DNA from: Bispira polyomma
Lineage: Eukaryota
DNA length: 64,000 bases
Direction of reading: 5' to 3'
Assembly (NCBI GenBank): GCA_965649765.1
Contig: OZ287755.1
Coordinates: forward strand, 64,170,001 to 64,234,000
The notes under the pieces were generated by a model. That model ran no database searches. It worked only from the letters and a program-made list of their open reading frames with translations, and had not been told where the DNA came from. Position numbers and translations under genes: made by a program. This document shows, piece after piece, positions 61,408 through 64,000 of the stretch (within the stretch, counting starts at the first letter, position 1; every line of letters starts with the position of its first letter).

Positions 61408-64000
61408 CCTCATCTTAACAATGGATATGTGTCTTGGTGATTGGGCAGATTTGATATCTGGTGTTGTAAGAAATGGGCGAGAATACACTTTACGGGTACC
61501 AATATGACGTCACTAATTCCACTTTAAAATTTTAAGGAGATACTTGCAAGCTTTGCCCACATGTCTAAAAATCTTTGTTTATGACTGTTTATAAGTATAA
61601 GTACAATATACAATATTAAATAAACAAAAATAAATATTTATAAAAAAAACAACTAAATAATACAATATTAATCGATATGCTTTCTGCCGTTTTGAAAAAA
61701 TGTAAACAAACATAATTGCTACCAGTAAAATGTGCATTTGTCCAAAGAAAGCAAAGGTTGCACAAAAAAAATTATGTATGCCTAGAAGGTGATTCAGCAG
61801 AGTGCATACCTCCACCGATGTACCCTGCTGCCAAATAATGCGCCCGCTCTATATACTGGATTATTCCTAGATCCATGTTGTATCCCTTTAACAAATTTCA
61901 TTCATACCAATTTGTGTAGTAGTTTTCGCGATATTTTTGTGATAAAGTCAAGTAGACAGATTAAAATATTAGCTCATTAGTAGAAGGTTAGAAGGGATTA
62001 AGGGTGTTACCATACCTTGAAATATATCACAATATTTTTACAAATAATTATATGGCTATATGATGTTAAAAAAAGCAGTAGATCTACGTATCGGGTACAT
62101 CATCTTTTAGAGTAAAATCTTTGAAACGCGCTGACTTCGTGGTGTTGTGGAAATAAAGTGTGAAAACTTACCAACATATTCAGAATCAGGAATAAACTAA
62201 TGGATGCAGTCTACACTAAAAATCATAATTTTCATTACTTTCTTCAAATATCACTGCGTCATATTATATATGGTAGCATCTTCCCAATGACTGGATTTTA
62301 AATTTTATTTTTAATATTTGAATATTGAACACTTTTACAGCATGTAGAGGAGTCCACTAAAGCCACCTTTATTGTTTAAAGATTGTTCTGTTCTATTATT
62401 TCTGTTGCCAAATCTATTAATTAATTTCCCTTCATTTCAACATGACCATTTTTTTATTAATTAGGTATGTATGTATATATTGATGCAATATTATCAGCAA
62501 CTAATAAATTTGTACAAGATTTATTTGTCCAAATTATTATTTCAAAATCATATTAACAATAAATTGTATTGTTTTACCTTATTTATATTTATAATTGGTA
62601 GGTATTTGGCAATACGGCAGGACAATGCATAAAACTACTGTTTGTTTTTGTTAACTTATCTTTCAGCAGGTTAAGTCCTAGAATTGACTTACATATTCAA
62701 AGCATAGAAATACATGTTTTCTTAGCCAAAATCTTTTCACAAACATTCTAACTTCATTCTAAGCATAGGATGATTCAATACAAACTGGGATTTCCCCAGT
62801 ATTACTCATATAATGTTTACACTGTTTTAAAATAAATATTTATACAATGAGTGAAATCTTAACATGCTGAAGTGTCATAAAAGTGTGTCTTTTTCTAAAC
62901 ATGCAATGAATAAATATTTTATTAATAATTTTAATTAGATATGTGTAATTTTATTACATAACCACATCATTCACATTGTGTTAAGTAAGTGCATTTGCAC
63001 TCTCCAACCAAATCAATAGTTAGGTCAAACATGTGCCATTTGCAACATCAGTGCATTGAAACAACTAAAATTCTCTCTATTATAATATTTACTATTTCAA
63101 CATTAGAAATACAAAATAGGTAGATATATATTTTAATTGGAGTAATAACGTAGGAAATTAAATTATTTCCTAAATTCTATAATAAAAAATTAAATAAACT
63201 GTATTATTATGGCCAATTCTAGATATTGTAGATGCTATAAGCCACAGCAAAATTACTACGTAGGTCAAACATGTGCCATTATGTAATCTTGTCTTTATTT
63301 GTAATTAACACCTGCTTATTTATCTCTGTTGAAGCTACAGTAGTGTCAAGACATCACACAATAACGCTATATAAATTACTTAAAATTGTGCTTTCAATTT
63401 TAAAGTATAAATATTCTGCGAATTTTTATTTTTTCAACTACAAATTGTCACTAAACTACAGGATAATATAGGTACGCTTGAATATACATATACTTGGGAT
63501 ATTTATGTTTAAAAGTGAATAAAAAAGAAAGAAGGAAAAATTTTGTGTGGCAAATTTGTATCTTGTTTTGTAAAATAGCCAAAGACATGATATATTTTTA
63601 TCTGTCGAATTTCTGCAATTATATGAAGATTTATTTCAGACTATTTCTTCAGCAATACATATATTCTTTTTTCGAATAGTATACCACATGGAGTTTCAGT
63701 TGGAGACGTTCGGTAAAGTGTTGTTGATTTTTTTTTTGGTACTTCAAAATATCACACTGGAACCTCACACATATTTTGACTGATTGTAACATTCCCTGTT
63801 ATTTGAGCATATGTTGACAAAAAATAAGCTTTTATATGTTATTAAAATTAGGTTTTGTGACAGTCAGGTGATATTAGTACCCCAAAAATATAAAACATGT
63901 AATTCCAGTTGATATTTTTAAGCATTGGTTTTGTGAGGTGGGATGAGCTGTTTGTTAGAGATAGGTCTTAAGCTTGGTTCTAAAGGTTGAAAGAGAGGGT

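Noticed and set aside
126-63679. Numerous 60-130 aa ORFs in the six-frame track
   Set aside because: They are antisense or alternative-frame shadows of real ORFs, or random ORFs in AT-rich repeats, with no domain signatures.

Overview
AT-rich, gene-poor eukaryotic genomic window. The repeat types and the LRR-Ig-FN3 gene suggest an invertebrate animal, possibly a mollusc-like lophotrochozoan (inference). Only one clear host gene is present: an uninterrupted ORF for an LRR-Ig-FN3 single-pass membrane protein of the LRRN/LIG type (46845-49406). The rest is mostly transposable elements: the 3' end of a Ty3/Gypsy element (integrase, PPT, 3' LTR); three related tyrosine-recombinase (DIRS-order, Ngaro/PAT-like) retrotransposon copies, one near-complete at ~53.8-59.1 kb and two remnants; an internally deleted L2-type LINE with a 2A-like peptide; L1/Tx1 fragments; tRNA-derived SINEs; several MITEs; and an old tandemly duplicated multi-kb block (~3.5-28.5 kb). 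The most interesting signal is the apparent expression strategy of the YR retrotransposon. Its recombinase ORF has no usable start codon but carries a phase-1 splice acceptor. This matches a phase-1 donor inside gag that is intact in two copies and one base away in the third, predicting a spliced Gag(N-term)-recombinase fusion. Gag also ends in an A-AAA-AAC slippery heptamer plus hairpin. All alignments were done by eye; no database searches were run.
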